This document shows positions 39,099 to 48,882 of a DNA stretch of 58,502 nucleotides, one piece after another (the stretch's first letter is position 1; every line of letters begins with the position of its first letter). The position numbers were made by a program, and so were the translations under genes. Source of the stretch: an uncultured Bacilli bacterium (GTDB taxonomy: Bacteria > Bacillota_I > Bacilli_A > RF39 > UBA660); NCBI GenBank assembly GCA_944332555.1, contig CALVKF010000004.1, positions 1 to 58,502 of the forward strand. Direction: 5' to 3'. Below the pieces are notes generated by a model. That model was given only the letters and a program-made list of their open reading frames with translations, was not told the DNA's origin and made no database searches.

Positions 39099-41699
39099 AT
39101 GGGAAAAAATTCAAATAGAGATGATTTTAGTAAAAAAACAATTGAAATATTATGCAAAAGAGTTAATGCTATTTGCTCTAATCCGGAATGTAATAGAGGA
39201 ACTCTTGCAGCTTCTAGTGAACCAAATAAATTTGTTAATACAGGGGTTGCATCACATATTTGTGCTGCTGCTCCTGGTGGTCCGAGATATGACGCAAAAA
39301 TGACTTTTGAACAAAGAAGCAGTATCGATAATGGTATTTGGCTTTGCCAATCTTGTGCTAAATATGTTGATAGTGATGAAAAAAAATATACTGTAGAATT
39401 GCTACATAGCTGGAAAGAACAGGCGGAATCCAGAGCACAAAAAGGACTTGTAAAACCTATATATGAACCCTCAAAAAAGGATATGATGATATTTAACATT
39501 GTTGAATCAACACAATATAATGTGGTTTTTAATGATGAAGATAGAGATAATAATTATTCGGATTTATATAAGGATTATATAAATAAATTTAAAGAAAATA
39601 ATAATTATCTATATTCGGTGTTATTTGATAAGAATGTTAAGTACAGCGAAACTGATAATATATATACGAAATTTAGTAGGCAAATTTTAAATTGGATTAT
39701 TGGTAAAGGCAAATTTCCTGATTGTTTAAATGATTTTTATAATAAACTTTCAAAGGATTATCGTTTTACAGAAAAATCTATTATTAAAAAGAGATGGCAA
39801 GCTAATTGCGAATATTTTGCTAGTAATGTTGAAAGAGCCTATGAAATTTATAAAGAAATGTTGGACAAAGTAATAAATTCAAAAAAAATTCCAGTATGGT
39901 TTAAAGATGATATTTTTATTGATGGAAGAAATTTGAGTATTCATATAGATAATATCAATCATACATTTAATCTTAATAATGTTTTTCAAGACGAAATAAA
40001 CAAAAATATTCATAAACTTGCATTTCCAGTGGTTGATAGAATAAAAAATGATATGTATGAACAATCAATAAAAAATATATTTAACATTAAGAATAAATCT
40101 GATAAAACTTTGATTCTTGGTGCAGGAATAGAATACATCTTAAACTCTATTCAAGAGTTAACTTATATTGCTATATTATATGGTTCAATTACTCATTTGA
40201 GATTAGTTAGACAAGTATTTTCTGATATTATGTATTTGTATTCTGATTGCTATGAAGATGATGAATTTTATGCTTTAACTTTAAAACTGAAATTGTTGGC
40301 TGGATTATTTGATGATTATAAAAAAATATATAATAAAATAAAATATAAATATAAATTTGTCAATAGTAAGAAATTTATTGGTGAGCTATATGGTACAAAG
40401 AAATCATTATTATCTTTTGATAATAATTTGTTTGATTGTTTATTCTTTGAAATATATGGTAGAAATGTAAATGAAAAACAATTTGAAGAATTAGAAAATA
40501 GTATATTAAAAATTTTGAATTCTATTACAGGAGATATAAACCCTGATATAGTTGATAAAGCCTTTAATTCAATACCTAATAATTTGCATAGAATGCATAA
40601 TAAAAAATCTTTGTTTCAAGTAATGATAAAATATATAGAAAACAATTATTCTAGATTTTTTTCTAGTTTTAATATTATTATAAATAATATAGAAATCAAT
40701 GAATTAACTGAACAAGAAAAAAATGAATTTGTATTACTCATTAAAAAGTGTTCTGATTGTGAGAAAGGACAATTTGATCTTAGTTCAGTTTTAAAAAAAA
40801 TAAAAAAGCTTTTAGATTGTGATACATATAGTTTATTATGCGATAAATTCGAATCAAAAGATGATATAATTAAGCATTTGATAAATAATGATATGGAAAA
40901 TGCTTTATTAGAAATTGTCGATTTCAAAATAAGTCAAGCAAAGCAGCGTGAAAAAAATCCTAATGAACATTTTAGATATAAATACAATTATAATTTAAAT
41001 GGTTTGATATCAAATAAAAGTATTTTTGTAAATAATAGTCTAAAAAATAAAATGTTATATCTTGCAAAGTTAGTGTTATTATCTAAAAATCAATACGCAT
41101 ATGAGAAAAAAGACATTATTGGTTTATTATGCCATTTGATAGCTCAAAAGAAAGTTAATAAGCATGAGATTAAAAAAATAGTTGGCGCAATACAGTTGGA
41201 TTCGGCAGTAGATTTTTTTGATGATAATCAAGATAACAATATAGAAATTTATGTTATGATGTTAAAATTTTTTTTAGGTAATATTAGATTGAAAGAATAT
41301 TTAGAAAAATTATTAACATATGAAATAGAAAAAGATAATTTATTAAATGATATATTAGATTGTATAAATATTATTTTTAGTTACTATAAGTGTAATAAGT
41401 ATTTAAAATATATTTATCCTATTTATCGTTTTGCAATAAGCAGAAGAGAATTTGAAATAACTAAAAGGGCATTGGTTTTGTCTAAATTGTTTATTAATAC
41501 ACCATTTTTTAAAGAGATTGAATTTGATTATAAGAATATAATTATGTATAACAATTATAATGAAATTTTTATAATTGTACAAATAGTTAAGGGTTTTACA
41601 AATGTTAATATGATGACTTTTGAAAATATTATTAAATTACTTGAGAATCATGAAAATTATAATGTTAGATATATAACCAAGAAAATCTATGATAACTAA
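39099..41699 (+). CDS. N-terminal HNH nuclease fused to a long alpha-helical region (putative defence protein)
   Basis: CSNPEC...GVASHICAAAPGGPRYD...NGIWLCQSCAKYVD; no Walker motifs seen in the remainder. Confidence 0.75.
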   Translation: MGKNSNRDDFSKKTIEILCKRVNAICSNPECNRGTLAASSEPNKFVNTGVASHICAAAPGGPRYDAKMTFEQRSSIDNGIWLCQSCAKYVDSDEKKYTVELLHSWKEQAESRAQKGLVKPIYEPSKKDMMIFNIVESTQYNVVFNDEDRDNNYSDLYKDYINKFKENNNYLYSVLFDKNVKYSETDNIYTKFSRQILNWIIGKGKFPDCLNDFYNKLSKDYRFTEKSIIKKRWQANCEYFASNVERAYEIYKEMLDKVINSKKIPVWFKDDIFIDGRNLSIHIDNINHTFNLNNVFQDEINKNIHKLAFPVVDRIKNDMYEQSIKNIFNIKNKSDKTLILGAGIEYILNSIQELTYIAILYGSITHLRLVRQVFSDIMYLYSDCYEDDEFYALTLKLKLLAGLFDDYKKIYNKIKYKYKFVNSKKFIGELYGTKKSLLSFDNNLFDCLFFEIYGRNVNEKQFEELENSILKILNSITGDINPDIVDKAFNSIPNNLHRMHNKKSLFQVMIKYIENNYSRFFSSFNIIINNIEINELTEQEKNEFVLLIKKCSDCEKGQFDLSSVLKKIKKLLDCDTYSLLCDKFESKDDIIKHLINNDMENALLEIVDFKISQAKQREKNPNEHFRYKYNYNLNGLISNKSIFVNNSLKNKMLYLAKLVLLSKNQYAYEKKDIIGLLCHLIAQKKVNKHEIKKIVGAIQLDSAVDFFDDNQDNNIEIYVMMLKFFLGNIRLKEYLEKLLTYEIEKDNLLNDILDCINIIFSYYKCNKYLKYIYPIYRFAISRREFEITKRALVLSKLFINTPFFKEIEFDYKNIIMYNNYNEIFIIVQIVKGFTNVNMMTFENIIKLLENHENYNVRYITKKIYDN

Positions 41700-41769
41700 A
41701 CTAATAATTTTTCTTTCAATACATTCAATAATACGGTATAATAATACTCAAGAAATATGGTGATAAAAT

Positions 41770-42009
41770 ATGACAATATATGATTTATTTAGAAAAACCG
41801 GTCCAAATGATAGATATTCTATGATAAAGGTTGAAGATAAAAGTATTCATCAAGAACTATTTTATATATTAAGACGACATGAATATATGGATGCTTTTTA
41901 TGAAGCTTTAAAAAAACATAATTTATATCAAGATTACTGTGATATGTCAGATGACTTTTTTAGACAAATCATAAATGAATGGCAAGAAGAACATAATGTT
42001 AAAATTTAA
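41770..42009 (+). CDS. Small hypothetical protein (UPF0158-like)
   Basis: F.EALKKHNLYQDY......IINEW.EEHNV pattern; TGxTATAAT and GGTGA RBS upstream. Confidence 0.5.
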   Translation: MTIYDLFRKTGPNDRYSMIKVEDKSIHQELFYILRRHEYMDAFYEALKKHNLYQDYCDMSDDFFRQIINEWQEEHNVKI

Positions 42010-42018
42010 AGGTGAAAT

Positions 42019-42705
42019 ATGGATAAAGAATTTTCTGATAATTTAGTTGAAGGTTTAGTTAATTTAAGAAGATATATAATTAAGGATAAACCACACATAA
42101 AAAAATATGAAAAGATAAGAAAAATTCATCAAGAAATAGTTGATAGTATGGATGATTATCTATGTGAACACATAAATAATGGCACAAAAAGTAGAGAAAT
42201 GGTTGTATGTTTAGATAATAGTGGTTTAGATATTCCTGTTGATTTAGATTCAGAGAATATAGATGATAAAAGTATCTTATCAGAAATATTTGTGTATAAA
42301 GTATATCCTAGTTTAAAATCAATAACTGAAGAATATATTGAAAAACATAAATTTAGAAATGCCGCAAAGATAAAAATGCTTGATGCAATGAATAATTCTG
42401 TTGTTGGTTTATTTAAAGTTATTAACATAGATTTTGATAATTGTTATGTTACTTATGAAGATGTTTTTACTCACAAAACATATAAAATAATAGATATTAC
42501 TTTTTCAACAATTTATAAAAATCTATATAAAGAAAAAAATCTTTATGTTTATAATAGATTAATTAGCTATGAAAGCATAACTTTTGGAACTGGTATGCAT
42601 ATTAAAATTAATTCAGATGACAAGAAATTTAAAAATTTCTTAAAAAAACATAATTATAATAAGTACAGTGATTTATATAGATGTTTATATTTATATTATT
42701 TGTAA
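42019..42705 (+). CDS. Hypothetical protein
   Basis: 228-aa ORF with AAGGTGA RBS; no motif recognised with certainty. Confidence 0.55.
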   Translation: MDKEFSDNLVEGLVNLRRYIIKDKPHIKKYEKIRKIHQEIVDSMDDYLCEHINNGTKSREMVVCLDNSGLDIPVDLDSENIDDKSILSEIFVYKVYPSLKSITEEYIEKHKFRNAAKIKMLDAMNNSVVGLFKVINIDFDNCYVTYEDVFTHKTYKIIDITFSTIYKNLYKEKNLYVYNRLISYESITFGTGMHIKINSDDKKFKNFLKKHNYNKYSDLYRCLYLYYL

Positions 42706-42781
42706 TATAAAATAACAATTACTCCTTTTTATTTTTAGTGAACTTTGATATAATAAATAAAAAGAAAAGAGTGGTGTTTAA

Positions 42782-43450
42782 ATGTTTTATATTACTGGAG
42801 ATACGCATCGGGATTTTACCAGAGTTCATAATTTACCAAAGGGTAGTACTTTAATAATTCTAGGAGATGCTGGTATTAATTATTTTTTAAATAAGGAAGA
42901 TAAAGAATTAAAAGAATATTTAAATAGCCTAGATATTACATTTTTGTGTATTCAAGATAATCACGAAGAAAGACCAGAAAATATTCCTACATATAAAGAA
43001 AATAAAATGTATGGTGGTAAAGTATTTATAGAAGATGATTATCCTAATTTAATATTTTTAAAAAATGGTGAAATTTATACTATAAATAATAAAAAAGTAT
43101 TGGTTATCGGTGGTGCATATTCCATAGATAAAAATATCCGTCTTCTTTATGGATGGCATTGGTTTAAAGATGAACAATTAAGTAAGAGTGAGATGAATAC
43201 GATATTAGAAAAATATCAAGGTACTCATGTTGATGTAATACTTTCGCATACATCTCCAAAAAAGTTCGAACCAGTTGAAGTATTCTTAAGTGGTATTGAT
43301 CAAAAAACGGTAGATAAAACCATGGAAGAATTCTTAGATACTGTGGAAGAAACTATAAAATATGATAAATGGTATTGTGGACACTATCACACTGAAAAAA
43401 TTGTTGATAAAATAGAATTTATGTTTGAAAATATTAAAGAATTTAGATAA
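42782..43450 (+). CDS. Calcineurin-like metallophosphoesterase
   Basis: GDTH, LGDAG, DNHE (normally GNHE), SHT.P, GHYH. Confidence 0.88.
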   Translation: MFYITGDTHRDFTRVHNLPKGSTLIILGDAGINYFLNKEDKELKEYLNSLDITFLCIQDNHEERPENIPTYKENKMYGGKVFIEDDYPNLIFLKNGEIYTINNKKVLVIGGAYSIDKNIRLLYGWHWFKDEQLSKSEMNTILEKYQGTHVDVILSHTSPKKFEPVEVFLSGIDQKTVDKTMEEFLDTVEETIKYDKWYCGHYHTEKIVDKIEFMFENIKEFR

Positions 43451-43484
43451 ATTTAAAAGAAAATGATTAGTTGTTTTGAACTAA

Positions 43485-44789
43485 TCATTTTTTAAATACC
43501 TTAACTAATATAATTATTAGTGCTATTCCTATTAAACTACTAACAATAATTATTGGTATTTTATAGTCTATTTCATTATTTGTAGGTTCCTCTATTTCTT
43601 CTTTAACTGGTTCGTTAACTTGGGTATCTTCTATAGGTTTTTCATTAGAAATTATTTCAACATCGTAAAATAAATCATTATCTAAAGTTTCATAATTGCC
43701 ATTTTTAGAATAATATAAACCAAATTTTGTTGGACTATAAGTTTTAATATCTGTTGCTTTAGTATATTCATTATTTTTTCCTTTAAGCCAATCAGTAAAC
43801 CAAGTATATTGTTGAGAGTCATGTTCAGCATAACCTAATTTTGATACCTCATATGCGGTCATGCCATTATAATATTCTAGAGGAATATCATAATTCATAG
43901 TAATAGGATTTTCTTCGTATAAATGAAGATAAACTTTCTCTGGTTTATATTCATCTTCTAGTAAATTTAGGGCTTCTTTTAGGGCATGAGTATTTAAAAT
44001 GTGTTGCCCATGACTATATTCCCCAGCTTCATCATGATTAACAACTACTAATGGTTTCAAGCTTTTTATTATATCTATTTGAAAGTTTATAACATCATCA
44101 AGGGAAAATCCGGCGTATGATAAGTTGGTTGTGGCACCATTTAAAGATTCAGAATAAGCATCGGGGAAAGCTCCTAAAACCGGATAATTACGAAGACCTA
44201 CCGCCCACAAACCATTTAATTGTTCATCTAATCTTTTAGGATTATCATTATGGTGTGTTAAATAAACAACTTGAATGTTTTTACCACTAGCTATCATACT
44301 AGGAATTAAACCCGCAAAAAATAGGTGTTCATCATCACTATGAGTAGAAAAAAGTAATATATCTGCTTTATCTAAAGGTTGATTCCAAGTTTGCACCCAA
44401 TTAGGTAATGTTTCATTAAATAAAAATATTTCTTTTATTCTAACAGTATCATCATAATTAATAGTTATTTTATTAGTTGCTTCATCTAATTTAATACATT
44501 CATGTAAAAAGTTGTTTTCTCCGATTCTTGTAGATGTATTATTATAATTTATAGTACCAGTCATACTTTCTACATAATAAATAATATATACATAATTAAA
44601 CATTTCAGTATTTTCAATAGTTATTGCATCTCCAGTATTTAGAGTTACATAAGTATTATAGTTGTTATCACTTAATTTAGTAGTAGAAATATCATTAATT
44701 AAAATACTAATATTTTCTAGAAAATCAGTGCGTTCTTCAGCATTTACAATCATAGGTATTAGTAATAAAAATATAAACAACTTTTTCAT
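43485..44789 (-). CDS. Surface-anchored PIG-L family deacetylase
   Basis: Signal peptide, THSDDEHL, R..E...GLW, HD..GEY.HGQH, H.SQ, C-terminal TM. Confidence 0.85.
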   Translation of the reverse strand: MKKLFIFLLLIPMIVNAEERTDFLENISILINDISTTKLSDNNYNTYVTLNTGDAITIENTEMFNYVYIIYYVESMTGTINYNNTSTRIGENNFLHECIKLDEATNKITINYDDTVRIKEIFLFNETLPNWVQTWNQPLDKADILLFSTHSDDEHLFFAGLIPSMIASGKNIQVVYLTHHNDNPKRLDEQLNGLWAVGLRNYPVLGAFPDAYSESLNGATTNLSYAGFSLDDVINFQIDIIKSLKPLVVVNHDEAGEYSHGQHILNTHALKEALNLLEDEYKPEKVYLHLYEENPITMNYDIPLEYYNGMTAYEVSKLGYAEHDSQQYTWFTDWLKGKNNEYTKATDIKTYSPTKFGLYYSKNGNYETLDNDLFYDVEIISNEKPIEDTQVNEPVKEEIEEPTNNEIDYKIPIIIVSSLIGIALIIILVKVFKK

Positions 44790-44873
44790 ATTATCACGAA
44801 TTCATTATAACATGAATTAAAGTGTAGTAAAACCCTTTATTTAAAAATCTTTTTATGGTATATTATTGTTAAC

Positions 44874-45920
44874 TTGAAATGGAGCGGTATTATGAAAGTA
44901 GTAAAAATAGTAGGAAAAACCTTTAGCTTCATAGGTATTACATTATTAATTATTGTTTTAACTTTAATATTAACAATTTATTTTATTTGTCATGGGCCAT
45001 CAAAAAGTGCTCAAGAATTATTTGTAACAACTATTTTAGAGACTGGTCAACTAAAGTTTTTGGCTAATGTTTTTATGAGTGATGAAGATATCCAAGAGAT
45101 TGTCAATAAAAATTCCTTAAAAGAGATGGATAGTGAAGTTGATGATAATTTAATTAATGTTGGTGGGTCAACTGATAAAGAATTAATTGAAATATATAAA
45201 GTTAGTGGTAATAATTATGAGGGTACCATGATGGTTATAAATGATCCATCAAAAATAAGTTTAGCAACAACTTATCCATGGGGTGAATATGGTAAGGAAC
45301 TAGATAAATTAGTTACCGAATCTGGAGCCATCGCTGGTATTAATGGAGGCCTTTATTATAGTGATGCTAATAAAGGGGGAAGACCACTTGGAGTAACTGT
45401 TAGTAACGGGGAAATTCAAGATATGTCACTGGGAGCTACAGGACTGCATTTAATTGGTTTTGATAATGAAAATATTTTAAGAATTATTGATATAAGTAAT
45501 ATGAATAGAAGTGAAATTGAAAATTTAATAGAAACTGAAGGAATTCGGGATGCGGTATCTTTCCAAGAAGAGGCGAGTGATGCTAATAACCATTTTGTAA
45601 AACTAATAATTAATGGTGAAAAAAGAGAATTAAATGGTATGGGTAGTGGGGCAAATCCTAGAACTGCCATTGGTCAAAGAGAAGATGGTTCAGTATTATT
45701 TTTAGTAACTGATGGTCGTGGTAAAAATGGGCATCTAGGTGCCACTGCTGCTGATTTAATTGAAGTAATGAGTGAATATGGAGCTGTTAATGCCGCGAAT
45801 GTAGATGGTGGTAGTTCTTCAACAATGTATTATAATGGTGAGTATTTGATGACTAGTGTAACATTTTATTACTCCAATTCTTCATGGAGATTACCAACCG
45901 CATTTGTAGTAAAGGAATAA
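44874..45920 (+). CDS. Phosphodiester glycosidase (NAGPA) family protein
   Basis: AGINGG, NPRTAIGQ..DG.VLFLV.DGR, A.NVDGGSSSTM. Confidence 0.88.
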   Translation: MKWSGIMKVVKIVGKTFSFIGITLLIIVLTLILTIYFICHGPSKSAQELFVTTILETGQLKFLANVFMSDEDIQEIVNKNSLKEMDSEVDDNLINVGGSTDKELIEIYKVSGNNYEGTMMVINDPSKISLATTYPWGEYGKELDKLVTESGAIAGINGGLYYSDANKGGRPLGVTVSNGEIQDMSLGATGLHLIGFDNENILRIIDISNMNRSEIENLIETEGIRDAVSFQEEASDANNHFVKLIINGEKRELNGMGSGANPRTAIGQREDGSVLFLVTDGRGKNGHLGATAADLIEVMSEYGAVNAANVDGGSSSTMYYNGEYLMTSVTFYYSNSSWRLPTAFVVKE

Positions 45921-45922
45921 TT

Positions 45923-47032
45923 ATGAGAAGAATTAATAGAAGAAAAAATAATTTTAAAAAAAATTTGTTAATATATACTGGAGTTTTAGGAGTACTTGCT
46001 ATAGTATTTCTAATCTATATCTTTGTAACTTTAGTGAGCTATGAAAATCATCAAATGAATAATTTTTTGAAAAATACTATTCATGATTTAAGTGATGAAG
46101 AATTAATAAGTTATCTGGAAGATAATAATCTATCTGATGACTTACTTGATACTTATAAAAAAATAACTAAAAGTGATGATTTTGTTTATGAAAAAGTAGA
46201 TGATGATACTTATGATATTTATTTAAATGATCGGTTGATTTTTACAATTAGTAGTAAAGTTGTTGATACTAAAACTAAATTAGGTTTATTTAGCTATCAA
46301 ATTAGAGAAGTAACAGATATTACACCTAATTTAGCCAGAGGATTATTTTATTATGATGTAATTATACCAAGTAACTGGCAAGTTTTAGTTGATGGTGAAA
46401 CAATGGATAATCCAAGTAGTGAGGAAAACTTTGCGGATTTAGATTTTATGTATTATAATGATTCAATGCCAAAACTTTCAACTTATGAAATAAATGATTT
46501 AAATAGTGAAAAAGAAATAACATTTAAAGATTTTTTAGGTAATGATGTAAATGTAGATGAAAATAATTTTGTTTATCAAAATGATGATTATTTTAATCAT
46601 GTAGAAACTTTAGAAGAAGCAAAAGAGTATATTGATATAAATTTTGATATTATGGAGTTGGCTCATAATTGGCATTTGTTTTTAACTCGTGATTTAACGG
46701 GTCCGTGGTATGGCCTTGGTACTGTAACTGAAGCAATGATTGAAGGAACAAGTGTATATGATTTGGCTTACAACTGGGCTCATGGAGTTGATATTACATT
46801 TACATCTAAACATACTTTAGGTAATCCTATTTGGCCAGTAGAAAGATTAGAAAATTTTGTAATATATGGCCTTGATGCCTTTTCGTGTGAGGTTTATTTA
46901 GAAAAAGATATGATTGTTGCTGGCAAACATCAAAGTGATATTATGCATGATACACTATATTTTATAAAGGATAATGAGGGAAATTGGAAATTAATAAATA
47001 TTAAAGCAGTAGAGGATGATTCAAATGAATAA
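45923..47032 (+). CDS. Membrane-anchored hypothetical protein
   Basis: Basic N-terminus plus one TM; lies in the operon between NAGPA and GT2. Confidence 0.65.
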   Translation: MRRINRRKNNFKKNLLIYTGVLGVLAIVFLIYIFVTLVSYENHQMNNFLKNTIHDLSDEELISYLEDNNLSDDLLDTYKKITKSDDFVYEKVDDDTYDIYLNDRLIFTISSKVVDTKTKLGLFSYQIREVTDITPNLARGLFYYDVIIPSNWQVLVDGETMDNPSSEENFADLDFMYYNDSMPKLSTYEINDLNSEKEITFKDFLGNDVNVDENNFVYQNDDYFNHVETLEEAKEYIDINFDIMELAHNWHLFLTRDLTGPWYGLGTVTEAMIEGTSVYDLAYNWAHGVDITFTSKHTLGNPIWPVERLENFVIYGLDAFSCEVYLEKDMIVAGKHQSDIMHDTLYFIKDNEGNWKLINIKAVEDDSNE

Positions 47033-48056
47033 AGATGCAGTTATTTTAATTCCATCATATAATCCTGATGAAGCAATAATGCAAGATTTTTTGAAAGAAC
47101 TTAGTAAAAGATTTAAAAATATAGTTATTGTTAATGATGGTTCAGATAAAAAACATGATAACTTTTTTGAAAAGTTATCTAATAACTATATAGTTATTAA
47201 GCATTATAAAAATTTAGGTAAAGGGAGAGCATTAAAAACAGGAATTAATTATATTTTAAATGAATTTCCTAATCTCAAAGTTATAGTTACTGCTGATTGT
47301 GATGGCCAACATAGTGTTAAAGATATTGAAGCGTGTTTTAAGGCATCACTAAATAATCCAGAATCTTTAGTTTTAGGAACAAGAAACTTTAATGATAAAA
47401 ATGTACCTTTTAAAAGCAAATGGGGTAATAAGATTACTAGAAATATGTTTAAAATATTTGTTGGTATAAGTATTACCGATACTCAAACAGGACTTAGAGC
47501 AATGAGTAAAGAAGTAGCAGTTAAATTTTTAAATGTTTCTGGTGAACGATACGAATATGAAACTAATATGTTAATAACTTGTAAAAATGAAGATATTAAA
47601 ATATATGAAGAAGGTATTGATACCGTTTATATAAATGGTAATGAATTAAGTCACTTTAATCCTGTTAAAGATTCTATAATCATTTATAAGTTATTTATAA
47701 AATATATATTAGCATCAATTTCTAGTTTTGTTGTAGATATACTTCTATTTACAATAATTCTTTCATTTATTGATAACTTAACTTATGCTATATTAATATC
47801 TACTATATTAGCTCGGATTATATCATCACTTTATAATTATTTAATTAATTCTAAACTAGTATTTAAAAAGATGAATAAATATTCTTTAATTAAATATTTT
47901 ACTCTTGTTATAATAATGATGTTTGTATCAGGATTTGCCGTTGATTATTTAGTAAAAATCACAACATGGAATGCTACTTTAGTTAAAATTATAGTAGATG
48001 CTATTATATTTGTAATTAATTTTATTATTCAAAGAGAATTTATATTTAAAAAGTGA
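47025..48056 (+). CDS. GT2 glycosyltransferase fused to GtrA flippase domain
   Basis: IPSYNP, VNDGS, NLGKGRALK, TADCDGQH, DTQTGLR; four C-terminal TM helices. Confidence 0.92.
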   Translation: MNKDAVILIPSYNPDEAIMQDFLKELSKRFKNIVIVNDGSDKKHDNFFEKLSNNYIVIKHYKNLGKGRALKTGINYILNEFPNLKVIVTADCDGQHSVKDIEACFKASLNNPESLVLGTRNFNDKNVPFKSKWGNKITRNMFKIFVGISITDTQTGLRAMSKEVAVKFLNVSGERYEYETNMLITCKNEDIKIYEEGIDTVYINGNELSHFNPVKDSIIIYKLFIKYILASISSFVVDILLFTIILSFIDNLTYAILISTILARIISSLYNYLINSKLVFKKMNKYSLIKYFTLVIIMMFVSGFAVDYLVKITTWNATLVKIIVDAIIFVINFIIQREFIFKK

Positions 48057-48286
48057 TTATTATGGATGAATTAAAGAAGTATGGAAAAAATATTTTAATT
48101 AATGATTATGAAAAAAGTATATTATTAAAATATAATATTGATGCTACTAAATGTGCATCAATTGATGAAGTATTATTGTTAGTTGATAGAGTAGATGATA
48201 ATTTGAGTGACGAAGAATATGATGAACTTGATTATGTGGCCAGTACTCTAGCCGAGAGAAAATATTATATGGAGACAAATAAATGA
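48053..48286 (+). CDS. Small hypothetical protein
   Basis: Overlaps both neighbours (GTGA/ATGA coupling). Confidence 0.6.
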   Translation: MIIMDELKKYGKNILINDYEKSILLKYNIDATKCASIDEVLLLVDRVDDNLSDEEYDELDYVASTLAERKYYMETNK

Positions 48287-48831
48287 AAAGATGTTTTTGG
48301 GTTAATTTAAATAATAAGTTATATGTCGATTATCATGATTTAGAGTGGGGAGTACCAAAGTATGATGATCATGAATTATATGAACTATTAATATTAGAAA
48401 TGTTCCAAGCAGGTCTTTCTTGGGAAACAATACTAAAAAAACGTGAAAACTTTCGATTAGCAATGGATAATTTTGATTATGAAAGAATAGTTAATTATGA
48501 TGAAGAAAAGATAAATGAATTAATGAATAATAAGGGAATAATTAGAAATAGAAGAAAAATAGAAGCTACAATTAATAATACAAAAGTATTTTTAAGTATT
48601 CAAAAAGAATATGGTTCTTTTGCTAATTTCATTTGGTCTTTTACAAATAATGATGTATTATATATTGATAGTAAAATTACTCATAATGAATTATCAGATA
48701 AAATATCTAATATTTTAAAGAAGAAAGGCATGAAATTTGTAGGAACAACTATTATTTATTCTTACCTTCAAGCTATCGGAGTAATTAATAGTCATGAGTG
48801 TGATTGTTTTAAATTCAAAGGGTTAACATAA
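48283..48831 (+). CDS. tag: DNA-3-methyladenine glycosylase I
   Basis: RCFW, YHDLEWG, LEMFQAGLSWETILKKR, IIRNRRKI, KFVGTTI.YSYLQAIG.INSH..DC. Confidence 0.95.
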   Translation: MKRCFWVNLNNKLYVDYHDLEWGVPKYDDHELYELLILEMFQAGLSWETILKKRENFRLAMDNFDYERIVNYDEEKINELMNNKGIIRNRRKIEATINNTKVFLSIQKEYGSFANFIWSFTNNDVLYIDSKITHNELSDKISNILKKKGMKFVGTTIIYSYLQAIGVINSHECDCFKFKGLT

Positions 48832-48882
48832 AACCCTTGTTTTAATAGTAAAAATCTCTTATAATTAAATAGAGGTATAAAC

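Noticed and set aside
39020-39499. 159-aa antisense ORF
   Set aside because: Shadow of the HNH domain on the opposite strand
28485-42780. Integrative element or prophage with att sites at tRNA-His
   Set aside because: No integrase, phage genes or duplicated tRNA 3' end found by eye
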